This document shows positions 49,924 through 63,870 of a stretch of DNA of 64,000 bases, in pieces; position 1 is the first letter of the stretch; each line of letters begins with the position of its first letter. The position numbers and the translations under genes are program-made. Below the pieces are notes generated by a model, which was not told the origin of the DNA, ran no database searches, and saw only the letters and a list, made by a program, of their open reading frames with translations. The stretch lies in contig JAYWIR010000066.1 of the NCBI GenBank assembly GCA_036172245.1, positions 434,001-498,000 of the forward strand. Direction: 5' to 3'. Source of the stretch: Raillietiella orientalis (taxonomy: Eukaryota).

Positions 49924-51021
49924 CTATGTCAAGTACCACAATGACGAAACCGCAGAGAATGGCCCTGCTTTCTTTTTTTGTTTTTCTTTAAAGACAAGAA
50001 CATCAAAAAAATTTCACTTGAAATGCTTATATTTTTAAAAGAGCTGACATGGCATGGAGTAAAACGGGGAAAAGAAAGAAGGAAGGAAAAAAAAAAAAAA
50101 ATCCCGACTAAGAACAAGCCCGTTTCGACAGAACGTGAGAAGGAACATCAGGCTGGAATTCAGTAAGAAAAGCGACATTTCGCAGGATCAAAGATTGCAC
50201 GAGATGGGTGCTCTCGGTATGAAAATCAGCATCAGCAGCGCAGAGGCGCGCCCGACTTTTCATGCAACTGAAGCTCAAGCATCATTCATCTCCCGTCTGC
50301 CGTAACCCTTTTGGCTTTCCTTTCATTTTCTACAGGGCGACGTTTCTACAAAGTCACAAAGACAAGGCCTTGGGTCGCTTACCAACACACAGCGATGATG
50401 ATCGTGCACGCGTGCACGTGCACACGATCCTCCTGCTTCCACGCATCTTCCGCTTATGGATTCATTTTTCGAGAGTCCCGGTCTCAACCGAAAAAGCTCC
50501 CCAGAGAAAGCTTTTCCGGTTATTCACGATTCGAAACGCATAATCCTAATGTTTGATTACAATGTACATTTTTTCTACAGGTCAATCGAAAGCTGAAATA
50601 CACGAACACGTAAACGTACGGTCGTGTACGTCTAGAAATGTATTTCGTTTCTCTCTCTCTCTCTTTCTTCCTTCTTCCTACGTGACCTCGCCCCAAATCA
50701 CCCATTTCTAACGAATCAATCACACTGCACCAACTACAGAATCAACCGTACATTTAAAAACCCCAATCTGAAATTTCATCTGACGACAGCCCGTTGCCAA
50801 CGGCGAGAAGAAAGCAACGCAAAAACAAAAACAAACGATGGATACCACTAGGGTAATTGTCTTGCAGATCTGTTCTGCAGGTGATCACATCCAGCATCTG
50901 GAACAGAGTTGTCATGACGCGATGCGAGCACTGCTGCGATAGCGAGATGAATTGAGCGGAAGAGCATACTGAGGTATCCTCGTGATGGAACGCGCGCCAA
51001 GGGATGCCGGCGGAAAATCTC

Positions 51022-51055
<34 letters not shown>

Positions 51056-51349
51056 CTGCGTGTGTGTGTGTGTATATTACAAAGTAAGCACGATAAGTAC
51101 GTAAGTGTAGCGATGAAACCTTGAACAGCACGCAAATAGGTTCGAACGAATCGACGAACCGCGCCTACGTGGGCAAAGGGAAAACAAATGATTTCCTGCA
51201 CCAAGGAAGGAGCTTCAGATTATAATGCGGAAATCGATTCGAGAAACAAAAACCACACCAGCTCGTCAATCATACTCCCCCAACGAAATCAACAAGACAC
51301 CTGAAAGTGAGTAATGAACGAGTCCTGTCCTGCCCGAAACCCTTCGAAA

Positions 51350-52300
51350 CGAAGACAAGGGAAAGTACCGAAATGGCCATCCCGTAAGTCCGAACGAGTA
51401 ACCTGGATACCAATCATCCTACTCGATGGATGCTCCGATCCCACAAGAAGAACACTCTGTGGCAAACTGAACGGAACGAGAGGGCTCTTCCAAAAATCGG
51501 TGGGCGTATTGGAATCTCTCAACGCGTGTCCGCCAAGCAAGCGGTGCACACCTTCGTTCTCGCCTAGAAGAAATGATAAACACCTTGGTGTGGTAAGTAC
51601 GATAATTTATCTGTGGTGGAACGACTGCAATACAGGACCTGGTCCGTCGTACTTGATGGCAGAGGAACAAGAAAGCGCAATTTCTGAAATCTGTCGGGCG
51701 CACGGAAGAACGCTGGAACATTCCACCCTCTATACACTCCACGCAAACACTTTCCCTGGATCCTCAATTCCTTCGATGGACTTCGGGCACACAGAATCAC
51801 CCGAAGTGATCGTGGAAAGGAGGAGGAAGGTGCAGTACCGGCGAAGGCCTCGTCTGGGAAGGAGCAAGAGAAGAGCGGCTGAAGGCACGGCTTGAAGGTT
51901 CTCTGCTGGTGGACAGCAAGGCATCCCGCGGTTCTTCGATTCACACCGCAAATCCACGCAGCTTCATCTGCACGCTCCGTCTCAAAAAACGACAGAAAGG
52001 CACAACAGGAAAAAAAGGAAGGCCACTTGCGAATCGGGAGAAACCCGTGCCCTGACGACAACTGTCATCGTAAGAGTGCTGGGCAAACTGAATGAAGGTC
52101 AAGGCATGGTATGAAATTCCTGACCGGAGGGCATAGCTGAACTCCAGCCGAGACCACCGGAAATGGTGCGTTTCGATTCACGAGACTAATACGAAACCAC
52201 CACATAATGCCCTGATTTATGCGGTCGGAAAACCACGGAAACGCCGCAGCAGGTCATTTGGAGTCATCCTCAGCTGAAGAGAAACACGTCCAGTTACTGA
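51350..52300 (+). mobile_element. Decayed LINE reverse-transcriptase fragment
   Basis: GKLNG...DKHLGVV (KYLG-like)...HGRTL, in the order expected at the end of RT. Weak. Confidence 0.35.
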
Positions 52301-53051
52301 AACTCCAGCTCAAGAGTGTGCAAGCAAACTTCACAATTCCCTAAAAAATGACAAAGGCATAAGTTTTCATGTTCCTATTCTAATCTAAGGCGATCGTTAT
52401 TTTTCCTTTTTTTTGTTTTTTTTTTTTTTTTACTGTTTACGGGAAAGAAGGGTTCCAATCAGGAAAAACACACACACAAGTGGAACACCATCACTGCAAA
52501 ACCAACAGCACTTTCGGGGCTCTAGCGAACTGCTTGTGAAAACATGGAAATCGGAAAACATCCCAAAGGATAAAATAAATAACACGCTGCGCGAGGATCG
52601 ATTTATTTTTTCCACATCCTGGTATGTACGCTTGCCGATGGAGACGAGAGACATGTGAACTACGCAAACTATGAAAGGCGACACTGTGCAAAAAAAAAAA
52701 AAAAATCGTTGCCTGCAACATGATAAACACGAAGCAAACACTAAAATGAAATCCTCTGTGTAATTCTTACTGGAAAGTAAAAAAAAAAAAAAAGGAAACA
52801 TTGCATCACGTATTCTCTATGGTCCCCTTTCTTTATCCCCCCCGAGTACGTGGGAGTTCTTCACCATAATGGACTGCCACCGTACACCCTGAACACGACA
52901 TCGGAGGAAGATCAGGGAACGAGGATCCAGAACACTGGTGAAAGGGAGAAATGCCGAGTTTCCGCTCAGCAACATACCAGGATTGGAATCAGGGAACACT
53001 TTGGGGTTCCGCAGGTTGCCAAGGATTGCTTTCTGGGAATGGAAAAGAGGG

Positions 53052-53082
<31 letters not shown>

Positions 53083-56000
53083 AAGGAAGGAAGGAAAGAA
53101 AAGGGAACAGTCGCAAACTGGGCTCGGATTCTTCGAGCGATCGTCAAAAGGATGAGCCTCCCCCCCGCTGAGATGATCCTCTATTCCTAGGCGTGTGCCC
53201 TGACTTTTTTTTAATTTTTGCGAATGGCTTACGCGGACACAACAAATTTTCGCTTGGCAGGCAAACAGCAGCGAATGCACACGGGAAAATCGAATTTCGT
53301 CCCGCATCCGATGGTCCTCGCGGTGAATTCTCGGGATGCACACGCTGATTAAATATCCCTTGCACGGTGGATGATCACAAGATCGTGTATCAAGACGCCG
53401 CCGCTTGCCTCCGCAACGTCTGGCAGCTCTGCGGTGTTCCCCCCCCCCCCTCCCCGCTCGCGCTTCGGTATCAGTTTTCGCTCAAATTACAGCCGGCTGA
53501 TGGATTCCCAACGAGGAAGCGATGCTCATCTTCGCGTCGGAAGACATCGAATTGGTGTTTCGGGTATTCTGGTGCTCGAATTTTCTTTTTCTTTTTTTTT
53601 TTTTTTCTTTTTTTACCCGTAAAGTAAGAGTTTTGGTTCCGAGTTCCAGTGTGCGTGTCCTACGACTGTAAAACACGAAAAAAAAAAAGAAAAAAAGATA
53701 TAATACAAGAGTACACGTGAGGAATTGTTTTCAACTGCACTTCTCATTTATTCGGCATTATTCGTTTCGTCTTGAAAAAGAATTTCCTTGATCAGCTTCC
53801 AAGCATGTGGTTTTCATCTTTAACGTGGCTACCGTGTATCACGAGGGATAATCTGAATCGACACGGACCTTTCTTTTTTTCTTCTTCTTCTTCTTAAAAG
53901 GAAAAAAAAAAAAAAAAACATGCACAATACACCGAATAAAAAGAAATTTGAAAGAAAAAAAAAAAAAAAGAAGCGGTTCTTAAGCCAAGATGTGTACAAA
54001 AAGATACGGAAAAACCGCAAGTTTGGACTCACACCGATAGTGACCCAGCTGACCAGGGGATATCCGAATTCCCATCCAAAGATCGGATTCGAAATTCGGT
54101 GTGGAAGGCTCGGAATGCTTGGCCGAGGCTGCTTTTCCTTGGCACACGGGAAAACCGGCAAATTCCGTGCTGTGGGTTTTCGTGGGTGGAATTTCCCCCC
54201 CACCCCCACCCCCCACCCCACGTCTCACGAACAGGGTCCGGTTTCGATTTTTCTTTTTTGGCTTTTGCAACTTTGAGAAAGCACCGCAACCTGCGAGGGC
54301 AACCCTTTTTTTTTTTGCCTTTGTCCTGCCGAGGTGTGTACCAGTACGAAAACACTTTCGCGCCCACGATGGTGCGTATTTGGGAACCCACTTTGCGAAC
54401 AAGGAGGTGTGGACAGTATGTACAATTTTACGATTAAAGTCAGCAAACGTAGCAAACCCACCAACAAAATTACTTTCTCAGTTACGCAAATTACGGACTT
54501 TCATTAGGGCGCCTTTTCGCCAAAAAAAAAAAAAAGCGGAGGAGAAGGGGGGGGGGGAGGGCACTTGAAAACGATACTTTACGGGTTGCCCCTCTCTCAT
54601 TTCTATTTCCTTCCCATTTTCGTTTACGGACTGCACATTTGAAGCATCCTGGTCGATGCTCGAATTGGTTCGTGAATATTGACGACCGTAAGCAGCAGTC
54701 TTTCGGCTCGATGCTGCTCATTGCATGCAGCAATTACGGGGAGGAAAAACAAGAAAAAAAAAGAATGAAAGTAAGAAGGGGAGGGGGGAAAAAAAAAAAA
54801 AAAAAAATCAAAAAAGGCACACAAGAACACCCCGGCCTCACGGGAAGGTTCTCAAGGACCTCGTGCGGACTTTTGTCTGGAATCTCTGAAGTGGAAATGG
54901 CAATCCTTGCACGTAGGAAATAACAAATCCTCATCTATATTTAGTACCCCACGATTTAGGCACGAGACCGATCCCCACGGAGGAGGGAGGAGGCTTCATT
55001 AGCAATAGGCATCCTCTCCGAACGGGGGAGGGGGAGGGGATGCAAAAAACAAAAAAAGGAAAAAAAAAAGGGGGGGGGAAACAGCTTTCGCAAGAAGAAA
55101 CGTGTTGCCAGTTGAACTTTAGAATTTCTCCTGTTCGAAACAAACCCTTCTACGAACACTCGGAAATTGAAGTTCAACGGCACACACCGCTTCGACTTTC
55201 AGGTAGGCAACTCCGCCCTCTTACGATGCGACATCAACCGAAGGATGCGGGAGCCAAGGGGAAAAAAAGAAAAAAAAAGGCAGTAGGGGGGAGGACGGGG
55301 AGGGAAAAAAAAGTAGGGCTGCTGCTGGTGCGCACAAACTCACTGTATTTTCTTCGCAAGCTTTCCCAACGAATTAAAGAAATCACCCATCACTGCAACG
55401 ACGAAAATCGCACCACTCCGACGGATCTGCTATAGCACGGGGAGAGCGCGCAGGGTTCCCCCTATGCGCGGCTACGGACGGAATGCTCTCACGTGCGGCC
55501 ATCGAGAGAGGCGGGCGAGCTTCGTTCCTATACGTGCGTACACTCCCACTCGCAAGTCCATCCCAGCAGCAGCAGCAGCAGCGGCAGTGGACGTGCGTGG
55601 AGTCCACCCACCAACAACAACCAACCAACTTGGCACAAAGAGCTGCCGCCGTGGCCGCTCGTGCGAGCACCACCAACAACGCACGGTGCCCCCCCTGCCA
55701 ACCTTGCAAAGGGAAGCAGCCCCCCCCCCCGTGCCACCCCACCACGGAGTGCAAGAAAGGGACCAATCGTAATGGCAAGCGCGAAAAAACGGGGGGGGGG
55801 GAAAGGGGGGGGGGAACGTCCAGGTAACGGTTCTACTTGGTTGGCTAACCTTCCCCATAGGAACTTTTGATATTCCTTTTTGGTTCTGATGTGTACTGGA
55901 ATCAGAAACTCACCTGCAGTTTTTTCACACACAGTTTGCAAGCACACACCACCAAACAAATGGCTTACAAGCTCGATGACTGCAAAGAAATTCTCTTTAT

Positions 56001-56145
56001 TTCAAATCTCTTCAGCAGAAAATTACAATGCTGATAAGTGGGGCACCTTCTCACAAAAACAAAGTTTGTTCCAAACATACAACAACCACATGAAGGATTA
56101 TTTGATTCTAACGTTCGGAGAAACACATTCTCATGCATAAAGGAA

Positions 56146-57078
56146 TCACTGTGCACATATCCATTCTTTGACTGATTGCAGTCCTTGTCCAGTGCTTGCA
56201 CTAATTTCCAAGTAGGACAGCCTATCACTCTTATTCCTTAGGAGAGCTTCCAAATGGAAAGAATATTTTACCAGATTGATCTGTCTCGAGTCAGCAGCAT
56301 CAGTTTTATTCAAAACAATCAAAATCTAAAAACATTAGGTTGTTATTTCCAATAATGAAAAAACTCACTTTTCTATGAACAAGCTCTTTGTGTAATAATA
56401 TGTTGTATAATAATGCTAAAGATGAGCTGATCTGATGGGAATTTGAGCAATCAATCAAAAACATTAACTTTTCACAAAGCGCATAATAGTTTGACCAAAT
56501 GGGAACCATTTCACCTCCAACTTCAAAGAGCTGAATGTTCTAAAAATTTCAAACTTCATTTAAATCAATGTGAAATTTCTCATCAGCAAAATGATTTGTC
56601 CTGGATGTTTCTTCAGTCTGCCTACTTTGAAACATACACAAAAAAGCATTCACAATGTTATCACAAGGCTGTGAAATAAAAAGGAATTGAATTTTTTTAT
56701 CTTCTCATGTTTCCCATACTTCTTGGGATTAGCAGTGAACTAATGAATACAAAATTACAATGTACAAATTGTTTCATAAAAAGAATGTTTCGCCATGTCA
56801 AAAATTATCGTTTCCATCGAAGAAAAAGTAATCAAATTCGCCAATAATTTGCTAAACTGTTTGTTTTGTGCAATATTTTGTAAGATCAAACTCACTATTG
56901 GGTTCTGATCATTCTTAACATAAACGATATTTGTTCCCACGGTTGGCATCAGCTCATCATCATAGCCTTTTTGCAACGACTGAGGATTGAAAAATCGTTG
57001 TAATCTCCTCAACAACAACGTTTTACCGGTGCCTTTTGCTCCTAAACATAATATTTTGAATGGCTTCGATTCATTCAT
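56146..57078 (-). CDS. ARL16: ARF-like small GTPase 16; exons 57078-56896, 56539-56369, 56324-56146
   Basis: P-loop LCLGAKGTGKTLLLRRLQ, PTVGTN, atypical G3 EVGGEMVPIWSNYY (ARL16-like), LIVLNKTD, EISASTGQGL..V.EW*. GT-AG introns, all phase 0. Confidence 0.8.
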
Positions 57079-59569
57079 TTCATATACGCCAATTCGCCCA
57101 AATTTCATTTGCATCCTCAGAAATGCCAAATACAGAATTCCAAAAGTGAGAAACAAGAGTACTTGTATAAAACAAGACAGCAATTCTCAAATAGCCCTCC
57201 CGTTCTAAAGTTATTTCTTCGAAACGGCTTTCGCGCCCCTTGAGTATTCGGGTTTCATACATCATTAGATCAACACCATTAGATGCGTACATTCTTTTGA
57301 TTGTTTGTCTTTTGAGAAGAACGCACACCTGGGCTGCAACACCGTTTTTATGACAGCTAGTTTTCTCGTCCCTAACCAACCAATACTGCACACTCCAGTT
57401 GCCTTCTGCTTAAAATTTCAGCTGATGATATGCGAAAATGATGAAATGATCAACGAAATCCTTATGCTCGTTGCCAAATATTTCTTATATGGCATTCCTT
57501 AGGCATCGAAAGGAAAATACTTGGACAATAAACTTGCTGGAAACTCGTTAAAATGTAATTTGCATATTGTTTCGAATTTTTTATTTCGGTAAATTTCGGT
57601 AAATTTTACGAACTCTTAAATCAATAATAAAGGAAAACGTGACAAGGAAGAACATTCTTATAGATCAGAATAATTGTTTCCACTTATAAAAATCATTAAT
57701 AAAGAAAACTTTGGTTATTTGAAAAATCTCATAATCAAAACAAATTGATCATTTAGTAACTCCGGTTCTTGCTAAAATTTCATTAAGGTCCAATCATTGA
57801 AACAACCATTACTGATTCATTTCACGAAAGTAGCAAACCAATTACAAAACGAAAGCAAACTATATTTCAGTATAACATGCTTTCCAAATCCTTAGAGGGT
57901 TCAAGCAGTTGATTGCCGGCACATTAATACAAAAAGCTTTCTATTGAAGCAGTCAAACAACAGTTTGGAGTTTTACAGAAAAAGCAAGCTAGTGGTATAT
58001 CCTGATTGAAAAAGTTATAGTTTCAAAGTACTCAGTCTCATTCGAATCATAATCATTGCCAAACGTTAGAAATCTAAAATCTTGGTCGCTTTGACTAGAA
58101 AATATCTTACTTGAAAAAAGGAATCCTAAGCAAAGAAGTTTTATACTTTTTTGATTGTCTGATTTGATAAATCCAACACATTTTTAAAGAAAATTTTTCA
58201 GAAATACCCTGAACACACATAGACATAGGATTCATAAATTTGCAACATTGCACAGCAGAAAATGAGAATGGACTGGCATTTAAATCCTCCACGAATCAGA
58301 AGTTTCTAAGCCAGTACATGAGAACAGATTGGACTGAAAATCCTTCTCAACCAACGTCTTCCCTGATAACAAAACCATTATTATTATTTTCTGAAATTAT
58401 GAACTCCGTCACATAGCATGAAGTTACATAATTAAAAATGTTGAAATGCTTTCAAGTCTTCTAAGATGTTCTCTGGTGTGTTTTAAATCCATTAAGGCAT
58501 CCCTAGGCTGAGTGTTGCGTTCCTCTAATGTGGTTTATTGGCTAGATATTTAGAACGCGACATGTGAGCTCTCATGCCTTTATTCATGATACAGAAACGA
58601 AGTACAAACGTTGGGATTAAATCAGTTCCCACATGCCTCGGACGTCTGAAAACAAGCTTTTCGACGTCTCACTTTAAATGTTTCAGGGTTTCTTAATTTG
58701 TTTGCATTTCCTATCAGAATGAGAGCCTTCTCCCAGCTGGTGTCAAGAAAGTTGGAACTCATCCTCACTTCTTGTAATCGGAATATCCACATGAGCACCA
58801 GAAGCGGACTTTTGTTGCTGTATGAAATATAAACTTTTGGAATCGGCAAAAGAAAAATGAGCACTGCATGTGATATTCGATTTCAACCGGAAGGAAAACT
58901 TCCACCTGAAAAATGAAGCACCTGTATAGACTAGCCCAAGTCAATCGTTGAATCAGTTGGAGAATATATAGTTGACTTTGAAGTCTGGTGTGCCTTAAAC
59001 ATATGCTAGAAGGAAAGCAAGAAATGGCCAAAGCGACTGAGAGTACAAATGCATTCTTTGTTATTCGGGGGTTCCCTCTGTCCTGAGTTTGAGGTTTGTA
59101 CGATTAACATACCTTTTCGAAGAAAGCAAAGCGTACCCCTCACGGGTGAATTCTCTCCCTTCGAGGGTTTGGCAATTCCAAGAACCGGCGCCAATCGAAA
59201 TCCCAAATGTCGAAATCTCCGAAGATAATCAAACCCACACACACATGTATACATATATGTACATAATTTTAAACATTTGTGATTATAGATAAATATAGAA
59301 ATTTATTTTAACATCCATATTTGTTAATATTCATTAACATGCATATTATTGATGTAATTAATAATGTGCACTGATATGTGATTGATATATATAAAAGTGC
59401 ATAAAAGCTAACTATGTATGCTTCTTATATACATTAACATATATAATAAATATATATTACAGCAATATGCAAATATCGAATTATATAAAATAAGAAATAG
59501 CAATTGGCAATTAAAAATAGTGGAAAAAAATTGGAAAATCAAAGAAATGCAAAAAATAAAAAAATAAAT

Positions 59570-60260
59570 TTGACATAGGGAAGGCCATGCTCTGCATAGG
59601 ACTGCATAGGACAAGCTCCTCGAGCTGCTTTCTTACAAATGGGAACTTCCTGCACTTTGCGGACTGCAGGGCTGCAAGAATTAATCGGCATCCTATGAGA
59701 GGAGCTGCTGTAAGGAAAGCTGATCGCTGATGTCATCACTGTGGCTTGTGGAAGAGTCGTTGACTCACGTAACGAGTCACTGCTTGAGGCACCCTTGTCT
59801 GCACGCGGCCATGCATGACGCGACTGTGCACGAGATCAAAACAGCCAGAAGGAAGCTGGCGTGGGAGGATCAGCGCGTCCCTGGTCTTGCTTGAACTCGG
59901 AGGCCAGGCCACAAGATGGCGGTTCCGGGCGGAGCTCGGCCCTTTGAGAAGGGAGAGGGAGCCTTCCGCATCGCCAGGAACGAGGAAGCGCCCAAACACC
60001 GACATGTGTTGTCAACTAGCAATCCGAGAAAGGAATCCATGTCAATATATCTATATATGGCCATCGTCACTGGACCTCTGCAACCCCGGCAGCGAAGCCG
60101 TCCTCCGAGCTCTGGCTGTCCCGCGGGCGTGCCACGGGACGCATAAGAAGGAGCTCGTGGTTGCCTCGTGCATTCGCCACGCGCAGCATCTGCTGGAGGA
60201 CACGCCGGCTTGGGCGACTAAGGCCGAGACCACCTCACGGGACCACCTGGTCACGTCCGG
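59570..60260 (+). mobile_element. Decayed LINE ORF2 fragment (post-RT region)
   Basis: WKSR*LT*RVT (W..R.LS...R-like) and LVLLELGG (GGLG-like). Confidence 0.4.
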
Positions 60261-62270
60261 AGCTCCCGCTTGGTACAAGGGGGGAAAAGACAATTTGGTA
60301 ACGCAGTTCCCAAAGCCAAAAAAAAAACAGGGAGCAAAAGAAGTTGAGTGCGTGTTGATCCGCAGGTTGTTTGCTAGGGCAGTCGGAAGAGGAAGGGAAG
60401 GGGACAACAAATAAATAAATAAATGAATAGAGGAGGGGAGGGAGGGCGGGGATAGGGGGTCTTTGGCCTGAGACGCCTTTTCTTGCTCAGTGACGGTGCA
60501 GAATGGCGGCCATCTCCAACCCGACTTCTTCCCGGTGAGGGCAGACGTCCTCATACAGGCGGCTGCCGCTCTGCTTCAAAACCCCGAAAGGTCGTGAAAA
60601 ATAAACACATCCGCCTATTTCACGCAGAATAATGCACGAATTTATTCAAGTATGCATAGTTATTCATATTTATTAACGCGCATATTGTTAACACCAATAT
60701 TGCTGGAATATTTCACATATATTTAGTAAGATTCATTGGCATACGTTTTGTTAATGTGATAATTCATGGATCGATGATATATTGTTGGCATATAAATTAG
60801 ATATTATAAAAATTAATACATGCTCTCATATTTATATGAAGATTAATACATGGTTTCACATATATCATGAAGATTATTAGCGAATAAATATATTTGCTTA
60901 TTATATGTATTGATGTATAGATCATACACACATTTACGTATATGTACATACTTATATTCATACTTATATATTTACATTATCTATGACAAGCATACATGTT
61001 TTTTATAATGTTTAATATATATACCAATAATATATAATCAGCAATCCTTGAATTACAGTCGTGGATTCGTGTCAATGAATCTTAATAAATGTATCTGTTC
61101 CAGTAACATTACTGCTAATAAGGTGTGCCTTAATAAAGATGAATAACTACAAATATTAGAATAAATTTATGCATGAATCTGCGTGGAAGAAGCACACATG
61201 TTTATTCTGTGTGATCGTTCGGGATTTCGATCGGCACCGGGAGGCTGCCCTGCGGGTGGCGCCTCCCTCCGCTGCGAGCTCGTGGAGATGATGGCGGCGC
61301 GGATGCAACCGCCCATCGTCGCGAGCTCTGCGCCAGCCGAGAGTCCGCCGCCCTCGAAGAATCTCCGCAGCAGGTCCTTGGCAGTGTCCTCCTGGTGCGG
61401 GAGCGATTCGATCGCCCCGTGCCTGAGGCAGTTCGCAGATGCGGCCCCCCGCGAAACGGGGCGTCGGCGCTCGCTGGTCGCACTGCACAGGACCCGGTTC
61501 AGGGACAGCAGGACATCCAGCTGCTTCCACGTCAGGGGCAACGCCAACGTCTCCACGCACGCAGGGCAGGGGACCACAACTTCTTCTGGGGACGCATTCG
61601 GCAGTCCTTGCCACCGAAAGAGTCTCTTCGCCCGTCAACGGGGAGTGGCGGCGTTCACCAACTCGCTCGTCTTGCAGCCGTCCAGGAATTTCGTCTCCCC
61701 TCCCCGCAGTGATGCAAAGGAAACTCCCACCACGCCCTCTGGTGGGCGACCGTCGCTGCTTGCCCTGAAGGCAGGCAGTGCCGCGGCAAGGGGCGTGGCG
61801 GCCAGGCGGGCCCGCTTCTCGCCGTCGTGCAGGGCCTATCCAGGCGGAAGGACGAGAGGAAGACGCAGGGACCGAAGTTCGTCCGGGAGAATTCCCGAAG
61901 TGAAAGCCTGGGTCACAACCTCATCCTGTCCCCGGTCATTGGAGTTCAGTGGGGCGATTGAATGAGTTGACTCCGCGGGGAGCCAAATCCGTAGCGGCAG
62001 CAGCGGTAGAAGTCCTTCGCTGCCGGCGCTGCGCCGAAGGGTGGAGGCCCCACGGGGCAGCCCGCAATTGGGCACCGAGCGCCAGGAAGTGGGCCTGCAG
62101 CCCGATTTTCTCCAGAGTCAGGATGCTCAAGCCGGAATGCAGCCTACAGGAAGTCACAATGAGTCAAACAGATTGTGCTATCCCTCCTAACAGAACTTCC
62201 ATGACCAGAAAGGAAAGTGGAAGATGGGGAAGAGCCTCCCCTTTTTATTTGCATCACTGTAGCTGCTAAC
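60260..62270 (-). mobile_element. LINE 3' fragment, copy 1 (zf-RVT region), interrupted by the inner MITE
   Basis: Clear nucleotide homology to 62830-63870 (e.g. ttcaccaactcgctcgtcttgcagccgtccagga in both). LPLTWKQLDVLL...NCLRHGAIESLPH. Confidence 0.7.
60567..61239. mobile_element. Inner AT-rich Mutator-like MITE with 9-bp target-site duplication
   Basis: TSD ggcggctgc (60558-60566) / ggaggctgc (61240-61248). Termini cgctctgcttcaaaaccccgaaag and cgttcgggatttcgatcggcaccg are degenerate inverted repeats. The paralogous LINE copy shows the empty site (taggcggctgccatgc at ~63115). Confidence 0.75.
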
Positions 62271-62829
62271 TTTGAAAATGAAGCAGGGGTGGTGGATTAT
62301 GGGCAAATTGCTTAAGATATGTAATAAACATATGTGTTTATTTATTATAATCTTTAAATACATATATGTCAATATATATACACAAATGTTTGTATTAATA
62401 TATATAATAAAGATATGTATTTATTTTAAGATGTTTCGGGATTTCGGTGCTCGGGATTTTAATGGCCCGCCGTAGAAGCTCAACAGGTCACTGCCGATGC
62501 TATGGTTACAATCGACGGTTTCTTGGGCATACACTTATCTCTTGACGTTATCTTTAGGCTTCAAAAGGTGATCTTCGTCAGGTCCTCGCCTTCCAGGAAC
62601 AATCCCATCCTGCATCTGTGAAACCAGTCCAGGAGCCCATCTTTCATTTTCAAAGTCAATGATGGAACAGGTTCTGGTAGGCATGGAGGCACCCCTGAGA
62701 ATACGAAATCAGCACACTATCAGTGTCCACTGTCCTTCTGCAACTCACTCCTGATCTCCCTCCGAGCGTGAAGTCCGCTGCAATGTCGTGCTGCTGCTGT
62801 TCATTCGCTTTCTTGGTAAGGTGATACCG

Positions 62830-63870
62830 AGACGTTTATCCAAAAAAAAAGGATGCTCCACTCAATACAAAAGATGTGAAAAGAAAAAAAATAGATGCTC
62901 ATTGGGGGTGACCACTAGCACGCAGGCGGCTTCTAAGGAAGTAGAGAACAAGAACGAGGGGACAATAAATAAGCAAATAAACAGATCGGGTGGGTAGAGT
63001 CAGGGGGGTCTTTGATTTTACTCGTTCCTTTCTTTCTAGAAGCGGCTGTATGTGGTGACGATTTCCCTGGTGACTTCTTTTGTCAGGTAAGGCCACCTTG
63101 CAGTCGTCCTTATGTAGGCGGCTGCCATGCTGGTGGCATCCCTTCACTGCAAACGTTGGTTGCGATCACAGCGCCCATCTTTCCGTGATAACCCCGCGCC
63201 GCAGCAATTTCGCAACGGAGGTGTCCTGCGGATGGCGAAGAGCCAGGGCGGGTCTCCGCCACAAGTTCTGCAGGGGGCTGAAGACCGAAGGGAGGTGCAG
63301 GAACGATTCCATCGCCCTGCATCTAAAACAGTTCGGGAAGGCGACCCCCCCAGAAAGCAGGTGGCCGCGCTGAATGAACTGCAGAAACAGCAGAACATCC
63401 CGTTTCCACCGTAGAGGTAGCACGGTAGTGTCTACTCACGAGGGAGGAGGTACTATGAGTTCTTCCGGAGGCATATTGAGTAGGTCACTGCATCGAAGGA
63501 GTCCCTTCGCCCGAAAACGAGGAGTGGTGGTTTTCACCAACTCGCTCGTCTTGCAGCCGTCCAGGAGCTTTTCGACTCCTGCAATGTTGCAGGAAAACTC
63601 CCACCCTGCCGGTTGGCTGCTGTCATTGCTTGCCTTGAGAGCAGACAGTGCTGCGGCTATCTGTGACCGCTGCGTCCAGCCCTGCAGGAGGTCTTCCAGC
63701 GGTCTGCAGCGGTCGCAGTTCCTCTGGTCACACTTACAAAGTGGCACCCCAGGACTTCAAAACCCACAGCTGCCAGGGGTTCCAGTTTTGGTGTGAGCTA
63801 CCAGAAGTGAGGATAGGTGCCTCACGGGGTAGCCGAGATCCAGTCATTCTATGGCGGCTGCATAGAATGT
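62830..63870 (-). mobile_element. LINE 3' fragment, copy 2 (zf-RVT region)
   Basis: LPLRWKRDVLL...RGHLLSGG..FPNCFRCRAMESFLHL...LQNLWRR. Homologous to copy 1. Confidence 0.7.

Larger units (their letters stand above)
59186..62472. mobile_element. Outer AT-rich Mutator-like (MULE) non-autonomous element, itself interrupted
   Basis: The left end cggcgccaatcgaaatcccaaatgtcgaaatctccgaa and the right end ttcgggatttcggtgctcgggattttaatggcccgccg are imperfect inverted repeats. Each abuts very AT-rich sequence (59240-59570, 62280-62435). No clean TSD. Confidence 0.5.
57400..62830 (-). mobile_element. Decayed L1/Tx1-like LINE (APE to RT) split by a nested insertion at 59186-62472
   Basis: VYAQET (LQET-like, ~62530) lies right of the insertion. 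It continues left of the insertion as RGTLCFL (RGVAIL-like, ~59130), STIDL (~58945) and DVG*EGF...YW (SPG.DG-like, ~58350). Confidence 0.45.

Noticed and set aside
50845..50920. Calpain initiator exon MTTLFQMLDV...
   Set aside because: Available donors are phase 1, and the 49923 exon needs phase 2.
52400..55830. Poly-Lys/Phe/Gly/Gln ORFs and a CAG repeat at ~55564
   Set aside because: They are translations of homopolymer runs and microsatellites in all frames; no coding signal identified.
34900..55830. Bacterial contamination explaining the GC-rich block
   Set aside because: The block contains a 15-exon GT-AG spliced animal calpain and LINE relics. Only the ~230 bp phage-like fragment looks bacterial.
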